A stretch of 64,000 nucleotides of DNA from Frankiales bacterium (GCA_025980325.1 JAICXQ010000003.1:18798-82797); one strand, 5' to 3'; shown: positions 1-9,383, numbered from the stretch's first letter. Numbers and translations: made by a program. The notes: generated from the letters alone by a model not told the origin.

Positions 1-84
1 GATCTGCGCCGCGATCCGCGGATCGGTACGCCGGGTCACGGTGTACGTCGTACCGATCGTGTCGTACAACTGCTCGCCCGGCAC
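1..84 (-). CDS. Class I SAM-dependent methyltransferase, N-terminus only (runs off window)
   Basis: GTG at 84; translates VPGEQLYDTIGTTYTVTRRTDPRIAAQI, resembling the N-terminus of an actinobacterial methyltransferase family. Confidence 0.6.
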   Translation of the reverse strand, partial: MPGEQLYDTIGTTYTVTRRTDPRIAAQI

Positions 85-131
85 TGACCCTGCCCTTCGT
101 CGCACGAGCGAGCCTACGTCGGGCCGAAAAG

Positions 132-692
132 TCAGTGCGGCCGTCGACGGCGTGCGCTGCGATCGGGCTCGTCGTCGGCGTGGCGCGCGATCGAGGACTG
201 CACTTTGGCGAGCAGGGTGCGCAGTTGCCGTTGCTCCGTCTTGGTCAGCGCGGCACCGATGATCGTGCGCTCGCGTTGATGCAGCGACGGCAACATCTCG
301 TCGATGATCGCGGTCCCCTTCTTGGTGATCGCGATCAGGAGCTTGCGGCGGTCGCCCGGATGTGGCTGCCGCCGGACGAGACCGCGGCGTTCGAGCGTAT
401 TGAGCATCGAGGTCATGCTGCCGGTCGTGATGATGAGCCGCTCGGCGATGACACTCGGCTCGAGCGGCTCGCCGGCGCCCTCGATGACGGCCAGTGCCTG
501 CTTCGCCGTGCCGGAGAGGCGATGGTCTTCCCAGGCCTGCCGGTCGTGCAGGCCGATCAGTCGATCGCCGGTACGGACGAGGTTCGCGTAGCACTCCGTC
601 GCAAGCCGGTCGGCGCCGGGATATTCGTTCTCGAAGTTCTCGTCGACGGTGATCCAGGGCGCAGGCGCGCGCGACGAGGAGGGGCGGCGCGT
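132..692 (-). CDS. MarR family transcriptional regulator (non-canonical start likely)
   Basis: wHTH motif PSVIAERLIITTGSMTSMLNTLERRGLVRRQPHPGDRRKLLIAITKKG; no nearby in-frame ATG/GTG/TTG; ACG at 692 lies 6 nt after GAGGAGG. Confidence 0.85.
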   Translation of the reverse strand, partial: TRRPSSSRAPAPWITVDENFENEYPGADRLATECYANLVRTGDRLIGLHDRQAWEDHRLSGTAKQALAVIEGAGEPLEPSVIAERLIITTGSMTSMLNTLERRGLVRRQPHPGDRRKLLIAITKKGTAIIDEMLPSLHQRERTIIGAALTKTEQRQLRTLLAKVQSSIARHADDEPDRSARRRRPH

Positions 693-727
693 ACCGTCCC
701 TCCTCGTCGGGGATTGACCGGCCCGGG

Positions 728-1003
728 TCAGGAGTCGGCTTCCTCGTAGATCTCGATCCGCGGCTCGTTGACGACGCCGGCCTTCTGCATGACCTCGGAC
801 AGCCGGGGGTCCGTGGCGAACGCTTGCGCGTCCGCGGGCGTCGGCCAGAAGGTGAGCACGAGGACCGAGTTCGGGTCGCTCGCGTCGCGCAGCAGCAGGT
901 CGCCGGTGCAGCCGAACTCCTTCCGAACAGCGCCGTGGTCGTCGTAGCCGAGCTTCCACGTGTCGAAATCGGCGACGCGGTGTCGGACTGCCACTGTGGT
1001 CAT
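728..1003 (-). CDS. Small dimeric alpha/beta-barrel (ABM/cyclase-like) protein
   Basis: MTTVAVRHRVADFDTWKLGYD...DPNSVLV...P.IEIYE; GGAGG RBS. Confidence 0.75.
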   Translation of the reverse strand: MTTVAVRHRVADFDTWKLGYDDHGAVRKEFGCTGDLLLRDASDPNSVLVLTFWPTPADAQAFATDPRLSEVMQKAGVVNEPRIEIYEEADS

Positions 1004-1042
1004 GGCCCCTCCCTGGGCAGGCAAGCCGCTGCGCTCGCAGAC

Positions 1043-1081
1043 GACTTGAATTCAAGTTACTTGAATTCAAGTCTTTGTCAA
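1043..1081 (-). promoter_or_regulatory. Tandem palindromic operator (ACTTGAATTCAAGT x2) overlapping a TTGACA-N16-TAACTT promoter
   Basis: Perfect 14-bp palindromes at 1044-1057 and 1059-1072; minus-strand TTGACA at 1081-1076. Confidence 0.8.
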
Positions 1082-1117
1082 GGCCTCGTCCCGTCTTCGC
1101 ACCGCGCGAACCGCGGG

Positions 1118-1771
1118 CTAGATCCCGTGCGCCTGGCCTCGAACGTACGGCCCGATCTCGACCGTGTTCCCGGGGTCGCCGGACGCGGACCCGCGATACG
1201 ACTTGCAGTACGCCAACGTCGGACCGGCGTCGCCGGTCGGGAGCCCGACGGAGAGCGAGTCCGGCCGGATGCTCACGGCAATCGCCGTCACCGTCGCCAT
1301 GTCACCGACGTCGCATCGATACTTGGCGACAAGGAAGTTCGCCGCAGCGCCCGGCAGCAACACGATGCGTGCACCCGGCCGGTCATGGACGTACATGCCG
1401 TTGTCTTGGAACCCGAACGGCAACGGGTGCCGTCCGTTCAACAGCGCGATCGTCGGGTAGACGGGCAGCCGGCAGTTGTCGTGCGACACGTTCCAGACGG
1501 TGACGAGAGCGGAATGCTCGCCGGTCATCGGACTGGCGCTGCCGCTGAATCGCATCGTGAGCTGATGGCTGCTGCACGACGCATCGGCGAGCGGCTTCGC
1601 GTCCGAGGTGAGCGCCGGCGCCGTACCCGCGGACTTCCCGGGACTGGTGGTCGGCGGACGGTACGTCGACGCGGCGCCGGGATGCGCGCGCGTCGGCGTA
1701 CAACCGGTCAGCGCCAGCAACGCTCCGAACACGACGGGTACGACGGGTACGACGGGTACGACGGGACGCAC
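1118..1771 (-). CDS. DUF4232-like lipoprotein
   Basis: Lipobox LTGC; CSSHQL...TVWNVSHDNCRLPVYPTIALL pattern. Confidence 0.7.
   Translation of the reverse strand: MRPVVPVVPVVPVVFGALLALTGCTPTRAHPGAASTYRPPTTSPGKSAGTAPALTSDAKPLADASCSSHQLTMRFSGSASPMTGEHSALVTVWNVSHDNCRLPVYPTIALLNGRHPLPFGFQDNGMYVHDRPGARIVLLPGAAANFLVAKYRCDVGDMATVTAIAVSIRPDSLSVGLPTGDAGPTLAYCKSYRGSASGDPGNTVEIGPYVRGQAHGI
1731..1765. repeat. 9-bp tandem repeat (ACGACGGGT x ~3.9) encoding PVV repeats in the signal peptide
   Basis: Directly visible. Confidence 0.85.
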
Positions 1772-1808
1772 ATTCAGGTAACGCCCGAGCGGTCCTTCCG
1801 GTTGCCGG

Positions 1809-2003
1809 CTAATCGCGTCGCCGGGCGTAGGTGAGCCAGACGATCGCGCCGATCGGCGACGTCGCCCAGATCGCTACGAACCACAGCCAGCGGCCGCGGC
1901 GCGCCGCATCGATAAGAGCCCACAGTTGCAGCCCGACGACGACGAGGATCGCGACCAGGAGAACGACGAAGACGCCGCCGGACACCTCCGTCGACCCGGC
2001 CAC
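1809..2003 (-). CDS. Small membrane protein, PLD-nuclease N-terminal-like
   Basis: LWALIDAARR...W...PIGAIVWL, two TM segments. Confidence 0.6.
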   Translation of the reverse strand: MAGSTEVSGGVFVVLLVAILVVVGLQLWALIDAARRGRWLWFVAIWATSPIGAIVWLTYARRRD

Positions 2004-2020
2004 CCCAAAATGATGCCCGA

Positions 2021-2275
2021 TCATTGGCGGCCTCGACTCACGGCGGTGATAGCCACCCGAACGCATGGCCTAGCCCGCGCAGCCGGCGGCGCAAGCCACG
2101 AATGGCCGGCGCGCCACTCGGCCTCCCTTGCCATCAGAATGGTCACCCCGGCCACACTGACCCCGAGGATGCCGGCCGCTTCCTTCTTGCTGCACCATTC
2201 TTCCGGCGCGATCGGCTTCTTGGGCGGACCGACCACGCGGTCATCGAGGTGTCGTAACCGCTCCGAGATGCTCAC
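2021..2275 (-). CDS. Hypothetical protein (HTH-like segment, possibly degenerate)
   Basis: ATGA overlap with upstream gene; SKKEAAGILGVSVAGV. Confidence 0.4.
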   Translation of the reverse strand: MSISERLRHLDDRVVGPPKKPIAPEEWCSKKEAAGILGVSVAGVTILMAREAEWRAGHSWLAPPAARARPCVRVAITAVSRGRQ

Positions 2276-2592
2276 GACGACAGTCTGCCGTCTTCACCTC
2301 GTCGTAGGTCGTCTTCGCGCGCGCGGCGCCGTCCGTCGGCGGCTACGAGGAATTCGACGACACACAAGCAAAGGACGCAGATGACTTCGACGACCGGTTG
2401 GTCGAGCCACCGTGAGAGCGCGATGACCGCGACCATCGCGACTGCGACACCGACGCACCGCCGTCGCGTTCGGGGCGACCAGACCTCCCAGTCACCGACC
2501 AGCATCCGCCGGATGAGCGGGCGGTCGTCCCGGACGGGATGACCCAGAACGACGTCGTCGAGGTGCCGCGCCCAATCACCGAACCGGCTCAC
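2272..2592 (-). CDS. Hypothetical membrane protein
   Basis: Two hydrophobic segments; AACAAT-N6-GTG leaderless-type start. Confidence 0.5.
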   Translation of the reverse strand: MSRFGDWARHLDDVVLGHPVRDDRPLIRRMLVGDWEVWSPRTRRRCVGVAVAMVAVIALSRWLDQPVVEVICVLCLCVVEFLVAADGRRRAREDDLRRGEDGRLSS

Positions 2593-2693
2593 GAACCGAT
2601 TGTTCCCCGCTCGGCAGCGGGCTCCCCACTTGTCAGCGTCTGGTGTCGCTCTACGGCCCGCGTCGTGCTGACACCGTCGTGCTGACACAAGTG

Positions 2694-3152
2694 TCAGTCC
2701 TCGATCACGTCCAGTCCCTGCTCCCGCAGCAGCGCCAGGCGATCGAGCATGTCCTTCACCACGTCCGGGGGATGCCCTTGCCAGTCGGCGACCTCACCGA
2801 CGACCCGCAGCGGATGACGGGTGCGGTAGGACTGCGTGGGATTACCGCGGAATCTCTTGTCGGTGACGTTCGGGTCGTCCTCGAACGGACCCAGCGGTTC
2901 GACGACGTAGATGCGTCCCCGCTCGTCACTGCCGGCGAGCGCACTCGCCAGCTCGGCTCCCCAGGCCGCAGTGTCGACGAGTGCGGTGAAGTAGATGTTG
3001 TTCGACACCCGGCCGTCCTGGAAGTTGGACGCGTAGCCGGGCACGAGCTCGTCGCCGGCGACGAGCGCGGACTTCGTCCCGTGGAAGAAGGGTCCGGGCA
3101 CGTGCGCGCAGTGGTCGTACGTCACCGGGACGTGGCCGTCGTCGTCGATCAC
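2694..3152 (-). CDS. arr: NAD(+)--rifampin ADP-ribosyltransferase
   Basis: FFHGTK, IYFTA, AAWGAELA, IYVVEPLGPFEDDPNVTDKRFRGNPTQSYRT; GTGA overlap with upstream stop. Confidence 0.93.
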   Translation of the reverse strand: MIDDDGHVPVTYDHCAHVPGPFFHGTKSALVAGDELVPGYASNFQDGRVSNNIYFTALVDTAAWGAELASALAGSDERGRIYVVEPLGPFEDDPNVTDKRFRGNPTQSYRTRHPLRVVGEVADWQGHPPDVVKDMLDRLALLREQGLDVIED

Positions 3153-3394
3153 GCGTGCAGCGAGTGCCGACCGACTGCGGCCGGTGAAGACTCGACGAGC
3201 GTCGCGGCGAGCATTTTGATCAATTCCGGCAATTCCTCGGCGGCGACGTAGTGCGTGGCGACGCATTCGTCGGTGCGCCAGATGCTGAGCACCACCGAGC
3301 CCGACTCGGGATGCGCCGACACCCGCAGCGCGCGGCCGTCGTTGCGGGCGTCGAAATGCACGCCGCCACGTCGAGGCAACGGCGACACACTCAT
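3149..3394 (-). CDS. Conserved actinobacterial hypothetical protein
   Basis: F.D.R..GRALRVS.HPE.G.VVLSIWR...CVAT pattern. Confidence 0.7.
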   Translation of the reverse strand: MSVSPLPRRGGVHFDARNDGRALRVSAHPESGSVVLSIWRTDECVATHYVAAEELPELIKMLAATLVESSPAAVGRHSLHA

Positions 3395-3434
3395 AGTCCG
3401 GAGTGTGCGCTCACCGCGATGCTCTGTCCATGGC

Positions 3435-3845
3435 TCAATGAAGCGAGGGCGCGTACGACAGCCCGACCACGGCGCCTTCGGGTGACAGCAGGCGGGCGAC
3501 GGTCTGCCCCCACGGCTCGACCTTCGCGTCGTGCAGCATCTGGTAGCCGTGCGAACGTAGCTCCGCTACGCCGTCCGCCACCGCGGCCGCATCCGCGAGC
3601 TCGAACTCCAGACTCAGCTGCGGCCTGGCAACGTCCTGGGGCCACGTACTCGTGCCGAAGCAGGCCTCGGCGGCCTGCTCCAGCGGCCAGACGCCGAAGT
3701 GCTTGCATCCGCCGATCTCCTCGCTGGCGTAGTAGTCGCCGTCGAGCTGCTTGAGCGGCAGGCCCAGCGCGTCGAGATACAGCGCCCGGCTGGCCGCCGC
3801 GTTGTCGGTGATGACCGCGACGCTGGCCACGAATTCGATCTGCAC
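3435..3845 (-). CDS. VOC/glyoxalase family protein
   Basis: SRALYLDALGLPL, EPWGQTVARLLSPEG; GGAGG RBS. Confidence 0.85.
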   Translation of the reverse strand: MQIEFVASVAVITDNAAASRALYLDALGLPLKQLDGDYYASEEIGGCKHFGVWPLEQAAEACFGTSTWPQDVARPQLSLEFELADAAAVADGVAELRSHGYQMLHDAKVEPWGQTVARLLSPEGAVVGLSYAPSLH

Positions 3846-3939
3846 GCTCCACCTCCGATGTGGGTGCTGTTCGGAACATAGCCGCGACCGCGGCAGCCCG
3901 GGAGAAGGAGTCGCGGGCCTCGGCGTCGAACCGCCGCTC

Positions 3940-5562
3940 ATGTCCAACCCCCGCCGGCGCCTTGTCGCCGCTGCCGCCGCCGCCGTCCTCGCCGCCGGCG
4001 TGACCCTCTCGGGTGCGGCGACCGCCGTCACCGACCCGGTCAACGGCCCGTACCCGCAGGTGCACGGCGAGATGGTCACCGGCATTCCGTCGACGCCGTC
4101 CTGCACCGACACCATCGTCAGCGGCTACCGGTTCCACAACACGGCGTACGGATCGGACGCACCGTTCACCGGCGACTACGTCCCCACCTGCGCCGGGCCG
4201 TGGTCGAAGGTCGTGTTGACGATGTCGGCCAACGTGCACACCGGCACCCAGTTCGACCGCATCGGCGACGTGCTGATCGGCGGCGTCGAAATGCTGCACA
4301 TGACCACGCCGGAAGGCGAGGCCGGCGAGACGGACTGGACGATCCAGCGCGACGTGACGGCGTACTCGACGGTGCTGGCGACGCGCCAGCCGACGTACTT
4401 CATCATCGGCAACCAGACGGACAGCACGTACACGGGTGACTTCTACGGCACGCTCTCGCTCACGTTCTATGCCGCCGATGCGAACAACCGCGCCCCGGCC
4501 GGGCCGGACGAGGTGCTCGGGTTGAACTCCGCCGTCGACCGCGGGCTGCCGACGCGCAGCGGCGACCAGCCGGTGGCCTCCGCGGTCACGATCCCGGTCA
4601 ATACGACGACGCTCACGGCCGAGGTCTTCGCGTCCGGGCACGGCGCCGAGGAAGAGGACTGGTGGAACGCGCCGTTCGCCTGCCTCACCGGCGGCATCCC
4701 GTATCGCGAGGTCGGCATCAGCATCGACGGGCAACTCGCGGGCATCGCGCCGGTCTACCCGACGATCTACACCGGCGGCTACGGGCCGGACTTCTGGCGC
4801 CCGATCCCGTCACCGCGCGCGCTCGACCTGCGGCCGTACGTCTTCGACCTCTCGCCGTGGATCGGCGAGCTGACCGACGGCGACCCGCACACGTTCGCGA
4901 TCGCGGCGATCGGGCAGGGCGGCTGCGCGGGCTACTGGTTCCTCGGCGGCAACCTGCTGGTGACCACGAACAAGGCGAACCGCGGACGCACCACCGGCGC
5001 GATCACCTCGTACGCCGCGCCCGCGCAGCCGACGAGCACCTCGCTGGGCCAGCAGTCGAACACCGCGAGCGACCGGACGACGAGCGCGCATCACCTCGAC
5101 GTCGTCGGCTCGCTGCGGCCGGCCGGCGCGAAGGTGCCGACAACCGTGCACGTCGTGGAGGACATGTCCAACACCGCGACCGACGCGGCGCTCGACGTCG
5201 ACTCCGACTGGACGTGGGACTCGTCGACCACGCGCACGACCGGCGCGACGACGTCGACCAGCAGCCAGCACAGCACGTACGAGCTGATTCGCACCGGCCC
5301 GACGTGGAGCCTGACCGACAACCAGGACACGACGTCGACCGACGGCGGCGTGACGCGGACGACGTCGCTGCGCGACTCGATGAACACGGCCGGACCGGTG
5401 ATCGGCATCACCGGGCTCGTCGGCGCGAGCCAGGAGTCGTGGCGCTACTCCACGTCGGACGGCCTGTGCGTCGACCACGAGCTCGCCTCGGCCGTGCAGA
5501 ACACGATCGTCGACACGGTCGGCAATTCCTGCGGGCCGCTGCCCGCACTCGCAGGCAGCTGA
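3940..5562 (+). CDS. Secreted peptide-N4-asparagine amidase (PNGase A family)
   Basis: Signal peptide; QFDR, TTPE, ASGHG.EE.WW, PYREV.I.IDG.LAG..PVYP.IYTGG..P..WRPI. Confidence 0.88.
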   Translation: MSNPRRRLVAAAAAAVLAAGVTLSGAATAVTDPVNGPYPQVHGEMVTGIPSTPSCTDTIVSGYRFHNTAYGSDAPFTGDYVPTCAGPWSKVVLTMSANVHTGTQFDRIGDVLIGGVEMLHMTTPEGEAGETDWTIQRDVTAYSTVLATRQPTYFIIGNQTDSTYTGDFYGTLSLTFYAADANNRAPAGPDEVLGLNSAVDRGLPTRSGDQPVASAVTIPVNTTTLTAEVFASGHGAEEEDWWNAPFACLTGGIPYREVGISIDGQLAGIAPVYPTIYTGGYGPDFWRPIPSPRALDLRPYVFDLSPWIGELTDGDPHTFAIAAIGQGGCAGYWFLGGNLLVTTNKANRGRTTGAITSYAAPAQPTSTSLGQQSNTASDRTTSAHHLDVVGSLRPAGAKVPTTVHVVEDMSNTATDAALDVDSDWTWDSSTTRTTGATTSTSSQHSTYELIRTGPTWSLTDNQDTTSTDGGVTRTTSLRDSMNTAGPVIGITGLVGASQESWRYSTSDGLCVDHELASAVQNTIVDTVGNSCGPLPALAGS

Positions 5563-5574
5563 CCCACTCTGCCG

Positions 5575-6018
5575 TTACGGCTTTCCCTCCAGCGCGACCA
5601 GGACGTCGTACGGACTTGACGTCGCCGGCGTGACCACGAGCCGGAACCGCTCGCGTCTCGATCGCGGCTGCAGGACTGCCGCGACGAGCCCCGAGCCACG
5701 CGCGCGGACCGTTGTGACCACACGCGCCGAGCTTGGTGGATCCCACGAGAGCGCGACGCCCAGCGAGCACGACGGCGACAGTCGCAGATACAGCAGACCG
5801 GTTCCGGCGAGGTTCACGATCGGCGACCTCGGCCGGGAGACGTCTTCGACCACGACGCCCGACGCCGAACGGCTCACGACCGTTCCGCAGATGGACGTTG
5901 CCGGTGCGGCGCTGCTCTTGGCCGCCGGACCGTCGGTGCATCCGGCCGCAGCGAATGCGACAACCGCCACCGTCGCACCGATGAGACCGAGCTGCGGGCT
6001 CACGCTAGGCGCACGCAT
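5575..6018 (-). CDS. Hypothetical lipoprotein
   Basis: Lipobox AAGC; overlaps the stop of the upstream peptidase gene. Confidence 0.6.
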   Translation of the reverse strand: MRAPSVSPQLGLIGATVAVVAFAAAGCTDGPAAKSSAAPATSICGTVVSRSASGVVVEDVSRPRSPIVNLAGTGLLYLRLSPSCSLGVALSWDPPSSARVVTTVRARGSGLVAAVLQPRSRRERFRLVVTPATSSPYDVLVALEGKP

Positions 6019-7162
6019 CCCAGTGATCGTAGAACCCGCCATGGGTGTTCACCGGATCGCCGCCGTTCTCGAGAACGTTGCTGAACGGTGCCGGCCGCAC
6101 CATGTCGATACTGAACTGATGCGGGTCCGTGATGCTCAACACGGTGCCCGAGTTGACGGAAGCCGAACTCCACGTCGTCGTCGCCGGCGACGGCTGGCGC
6201 AGGTAGTAGTACTGGCCGTCGACAGGATAGGTGAGACTCTTGTTGGTCGGTCGTTCGTCGATCCACTCGGCAGTTCCGCCACGCACGAATGCCGAGATGT
6301 TGTAGGCGCCGTTGTCAACACTGTCAACGCTCACGATCGCGCTCGTCCCCACCGTGATGTCAGTGACGGTGAAGGTCGCTTCACCCGTGGGTATCGAGGC
6401 GGACGGAGCGCTGTAGTTCACCGACGCGCGAACGTCGTGTCCGGAGGGAATGCTCAGCCCCGTCTTGACCTCTTTCGTGTCGTAGTTGGGACTCGACGAC
6501 AGCACCTCGTACCACGCATAGATCGACGACAGATCCGAGCCGGTGTCCGTCCCGGTCTGTATCAGCCCGGCGTCGGCGCCGTCGCCGCCAATTCCCGACC
6601 AGATCGCGTGCGAGGACGCGTGGGCACAACCCGCGACGAAGGTCGGTTCGGTGAAACGGCCGCTGATGGCGAGATAGCTGTTGCGCACCGAAGACAGTTC
6701 GTTGCCCGACCAGTTCTCCGACGGCGTTCCGTTGCTCTTGTCGGTGACGCATAACCCGGGTCGAGCCGATCCTTTCCAGCTGGCAAAGGTGTGGTCCCAT
6801 TCGGCCCGGGCCGCGGTCTGCACCGCCGACGGTCTGGGCGGGAATCCGTAGAGCTGCAACTGCGCGTCCGTGCTCTCGAGCGGTGTCCAACCGGCCGGCG
6901 GGATGACCTGCCGGGTACCGCTGAACTCGCCGCCGTACAGGTACTCGGTCGCGGCGCCCGGTTGCGGTGTCGCCGACCGGCTTCCGTCGGAACGCACATA
7001 GTCGACGGTTCGGACCGGCACCGCTGCGCAGTAGTCACCGCCTTCGGAATCTCCGGCCGCGACGACCGCTCCCTGAGCCGGCGATGCGGAAAATGCCGTG
7101 ATCGGCATGGCCGACACGCCCGCTACGGAAACTGCCACGAACAGCACGCACTTCTTCAACAT
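6005..7162 (-). CDS. Secreted G1-family glutamic endopeptidase with propeptide
   Basis: SENWSG, IWSGIGG, LIQTG (catalytic Q), AWYE, TAEWIDE (catalytic E); propeptide YGFPPRP. Confidence 0.88.
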   Translation of the reverse strand: MLKKCVLFVAVSVAGVSAMPITAFSASPAQGAVVAAGDSEGGDYCAAVPVRTVDYVRSDGSRSATPQPGAATEYLYGGEFSGTRQVIPPAGWTPLESTDAQLQLYGFPPRPSAVQTAARAEWDHTFASWKGSARPGLCVTDKSNGTPSENWSGNELSSVRNSYLAISGRFTEPTFVAGCAHASSHAIWSGIGGDGADAGLIQTGTDTGSDLSSIYAWYEVLSSSPNYDTKEVKTGLSIPSGHDVRASVNYSAPSASIPTGEATFTVTDITVGTSAIVSVDSVDNGAYNISAFVRGGTAEWIDERPTNKSLTYPVDGQYYYLRQPSPATTTWSSASVNSGTVLSITDPHQFSIDMVRPAPFSNVLENGGDPVNTHGGFYDHWDACA

Positions 7163-7285
7163 CGAGTCCCCCCCGGATGCGATCTGAAGGCAGGCATGAT
7201 TCACCCACGGTGATGAGCCGGCGGTCTGCCCGTCCGCGGGAAATGGTCAGTACTGACTAAGACGAGGTCGGCAACAGGCCGGCGA

Positions 7286-8161
7286 TCAGCTGGTCGCCAC
7301 GAGCTCCGGCGCAACCATTTTCTTTCCGGCTTCGTAGCCGCAGTCGATCAATTCGGCGGTCCGGGAGAAGTCGCGGAGCTCGTGATGCCCGAGTTCGACC
7401 CGCGGCATCGGAATGATCGGCCGCGGACTCGTCTCGGGAAACTCCAGCTTCGCCAGCCGGTACCGGCTGATCGCGAAGCTCATCAACAGGACGTCCAGCG
7501 CATTCATCCGTGCGTCCCGGCGACCGAGCGATCCGCCGGTCACGTCGACGACCCAGATCCGTTGCGCGTCGAGCTCGATCGCGCGTTGCACCGGCACCGG
7601 GCAGGTGACGCCGCCGTCGACGTGCAGACTGTCGCCCAGCGCCACCGGTGGAAGCAGCGCGGGCAGGCTGGCACTCGCGACGAGGATGCGGTGCGGATCG
7701 CCGGCCGTCCACCAGACCGGATGACCGGTCACCAGATCGGTCGTGACGACGTGGACCGGAATCGGGAGGTCGGCGAGGTCGCCGACGCCGACCAACCGGG
7801 ACACGAGGCGATGCAGCCCGTCGGGCTCGTACAAGTGCATGTCGCGGCGGACGACGTGCCCGACGACCGAGCGGCGGCTCGACGGGAAGACGTCGTCGCG
7901 GTCGAGGCTGAGCCACAGCTCGCGTAGTTTCTGCAGGCGTTCGAGGGACGGATCGACCGCCATGAAGGCCGCGTTGAGCGCACCGACCGAGCAGCCGACG
8001 AAGACGTCCGGGCGTACGCCGGCCTCGAGCAGCGCCTGCAACGCGCCGACCTGGATCGCGCCGAGGCTCCCGCCGCCGGAGAGCACCACGGCGTTCGCAT
8101 ACGACTCGCGCGCGAGCTCGTCCGGGCGCCAATACCGACGCAAGCTCGCGAGCACCGTCAC
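7286..8161 (-). CDS. Patatin-like phospholipase
   Basis: GGGSLG, GCSVG, DGG motifs. Confidence 0.92.
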   Translation of the reverse strand: MTVLASLRRYWRPDELARESYANAVVLSGGGSLGAIQVGALQALLEAGVRPDVFVGCSVGALNAAFMAVDPSLERLQKLRELWLSLDRDDVFPSSRRSVVGHVVRRDMHLYEPDGLHRLVSRLVGVGDLADLPIPVHVVTTDLVTGHPVWWTAGDPHRILVASASLPALLPPVALGDSLHVDGGVTCPVPVQRAIELDAQRIWVVDVTGGSLGRRDARMNALDVLLMSFAISRYRLAKLEFPETSPRPIIPMPRVELGHHELRDFSRTAELIDCGYEAGKKMVAPELVATS

Positions 8162-8235
8162 CGTCGCCTCCGCGGGCGGAGAAGAATTGATCAACGATAG
8201 GGCGAAATCGGGTCACCGCAACAGATCTGGAATGA

Positions 8236-9246
8236 CTAGTCGGCGGGCGAATCTTCCGCTTTGGCCCTCGATCGAAAGGCGGCGACGAGCTCGACGAGTT
8301 CGAGCAACCAGGCGATGGCCGCGGCGCCGGCGATGCCGAACCAGATGCCCGAGGTGAACAAGTGGTTCGCGTCGTTGTTCTCAGCCGTGGTGCTGCGGAG
8401 CAGGACATGCGGTTCCTGGTCGTCCCACTGCCACTCGGAACCGTTGCGCGCGGTCGGCTGCACGCCGGTCACGGTCGAATAGTCGTCGGCGTCGATCCCG
8501 GTCGGAAAGTCGAGGAAGTCCCGCACACTCGACGGCGCGACCGGGTACGCCGGACCCCTTGCCGGGACGTTGCTGTAGGCCAGCGTCGGGTTGAACAGGA
8601 CGTTCAACCCATGGGTGCCGACGCCGATGAGGACGCCGTGCCCCTCGACCGGCGGGATGGAGATGTCGGCGTACTCACCCTCCTTCCGAAAGGCCAGGAA
8701 CGGTGCGCCGAAGGTGAACGACGCGGACGAGCGGTTCGACGTCTGCGACAGGAGGTAGGAGTGCGTGCCGTAGTTCGGCTTGAGCTCGTCGCTGAACGGC
8801 GTGGTCTGCGGCCGGCGTTGCACTTCGCGCACTTCGGTCGGGATCGCGCCCGGCCCCGTGTCGACCGGGAAGACGAGGCGGGGAAAGTTCTCGAGCAGCA
8901 ACTGCCAGTGATACATGCCCGTGCGATTCGTCGGATGCGTTGTGCTGACCGGATTCTGCACTTCCACCGAGATGTAGTTCGTCGCCTTCGCGGCCTCTCT
9001 CGGAACACCGGGGCCATAGAGCGGGGTCGGCCCTTCGGCCACATTGACCTCGGCGCTGACGTTCTGCTGATCCAGCAGGACGACGATGTGGCCGCTCGGT
9101 GCCAGCGCGATGTGTTCGTTCGCCGGCTTCCGGACCAGCCCGACGAGGCCGGCTACCACCGTCGCCGCGAGCGTGACGATCACGCGCGCCAGCAGCTTGC
9201 GGGACACCTGCCGCGGACCGTCCGATCGATCGCCGCCGGCCCGCAT
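8236..9246 (-). CDS. Hypothetical membrane protein (N- and C-terminal TM)
   Basis: Hydrophobic segments at both ends; coding-like codon usage. Confidence 0.6.
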   Translation of the reverse strand: MRAGGDRSDGPRQVSRKLLARVIVTLAATVVAGLVGLVRKPANEHIALAPSGHIVVLLDQQNVSAEVNVAEGPTPLYGPGVPREAAKATNYISVEVQNPVSTTHPTNRTGMYHWQLLLENFPRLVFPVDTGPGAIPTEVREVQRRPQTTPFSDELKPNYGTHSYLLSQTSNRSSASFTFGAPFLAFRKEGEYADISIPPVEGHGVLIGVGTHGLNVLFNPTLAYSNVPARGPAYPVAPSSVRDFLDFPTGIDADDYSTVTGVQPTARNGSEWQWDDQEPHVLLRSTTAENNDANHLFTSGIWFGIAGAAAIAWLLELVELVAAFRSRAKAEDSPAD

Positions 9247-9383
9247 GCCGACAAGCGTCTCAGAGCGCGGAGCCCGCTTGGAGGATCTTCGGGTCGCGGA
9301 CAGGTACCGGTCGGGAGCAGGACTTCCGGGAGGCGCGGCGAAAGCGTGCCGCGCCAATGATCTCTTACCGGAAGGTAACCCCG

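Noticed and set aside
2627-2693. CGTCGTGCTGACAC direct repeat x2 plus an imperfect inverted repeat downstream of arr
   Set aside because: Only two units with no spacers; likely a local duplication or terminator-like hairpin, not CRISPR or attC.
8187-8277. Imperfect inverted repeat between patatin and the upstream gene (possible REP/MITE)
   Set aside because: Single degenerate copy with no clear target duplication.
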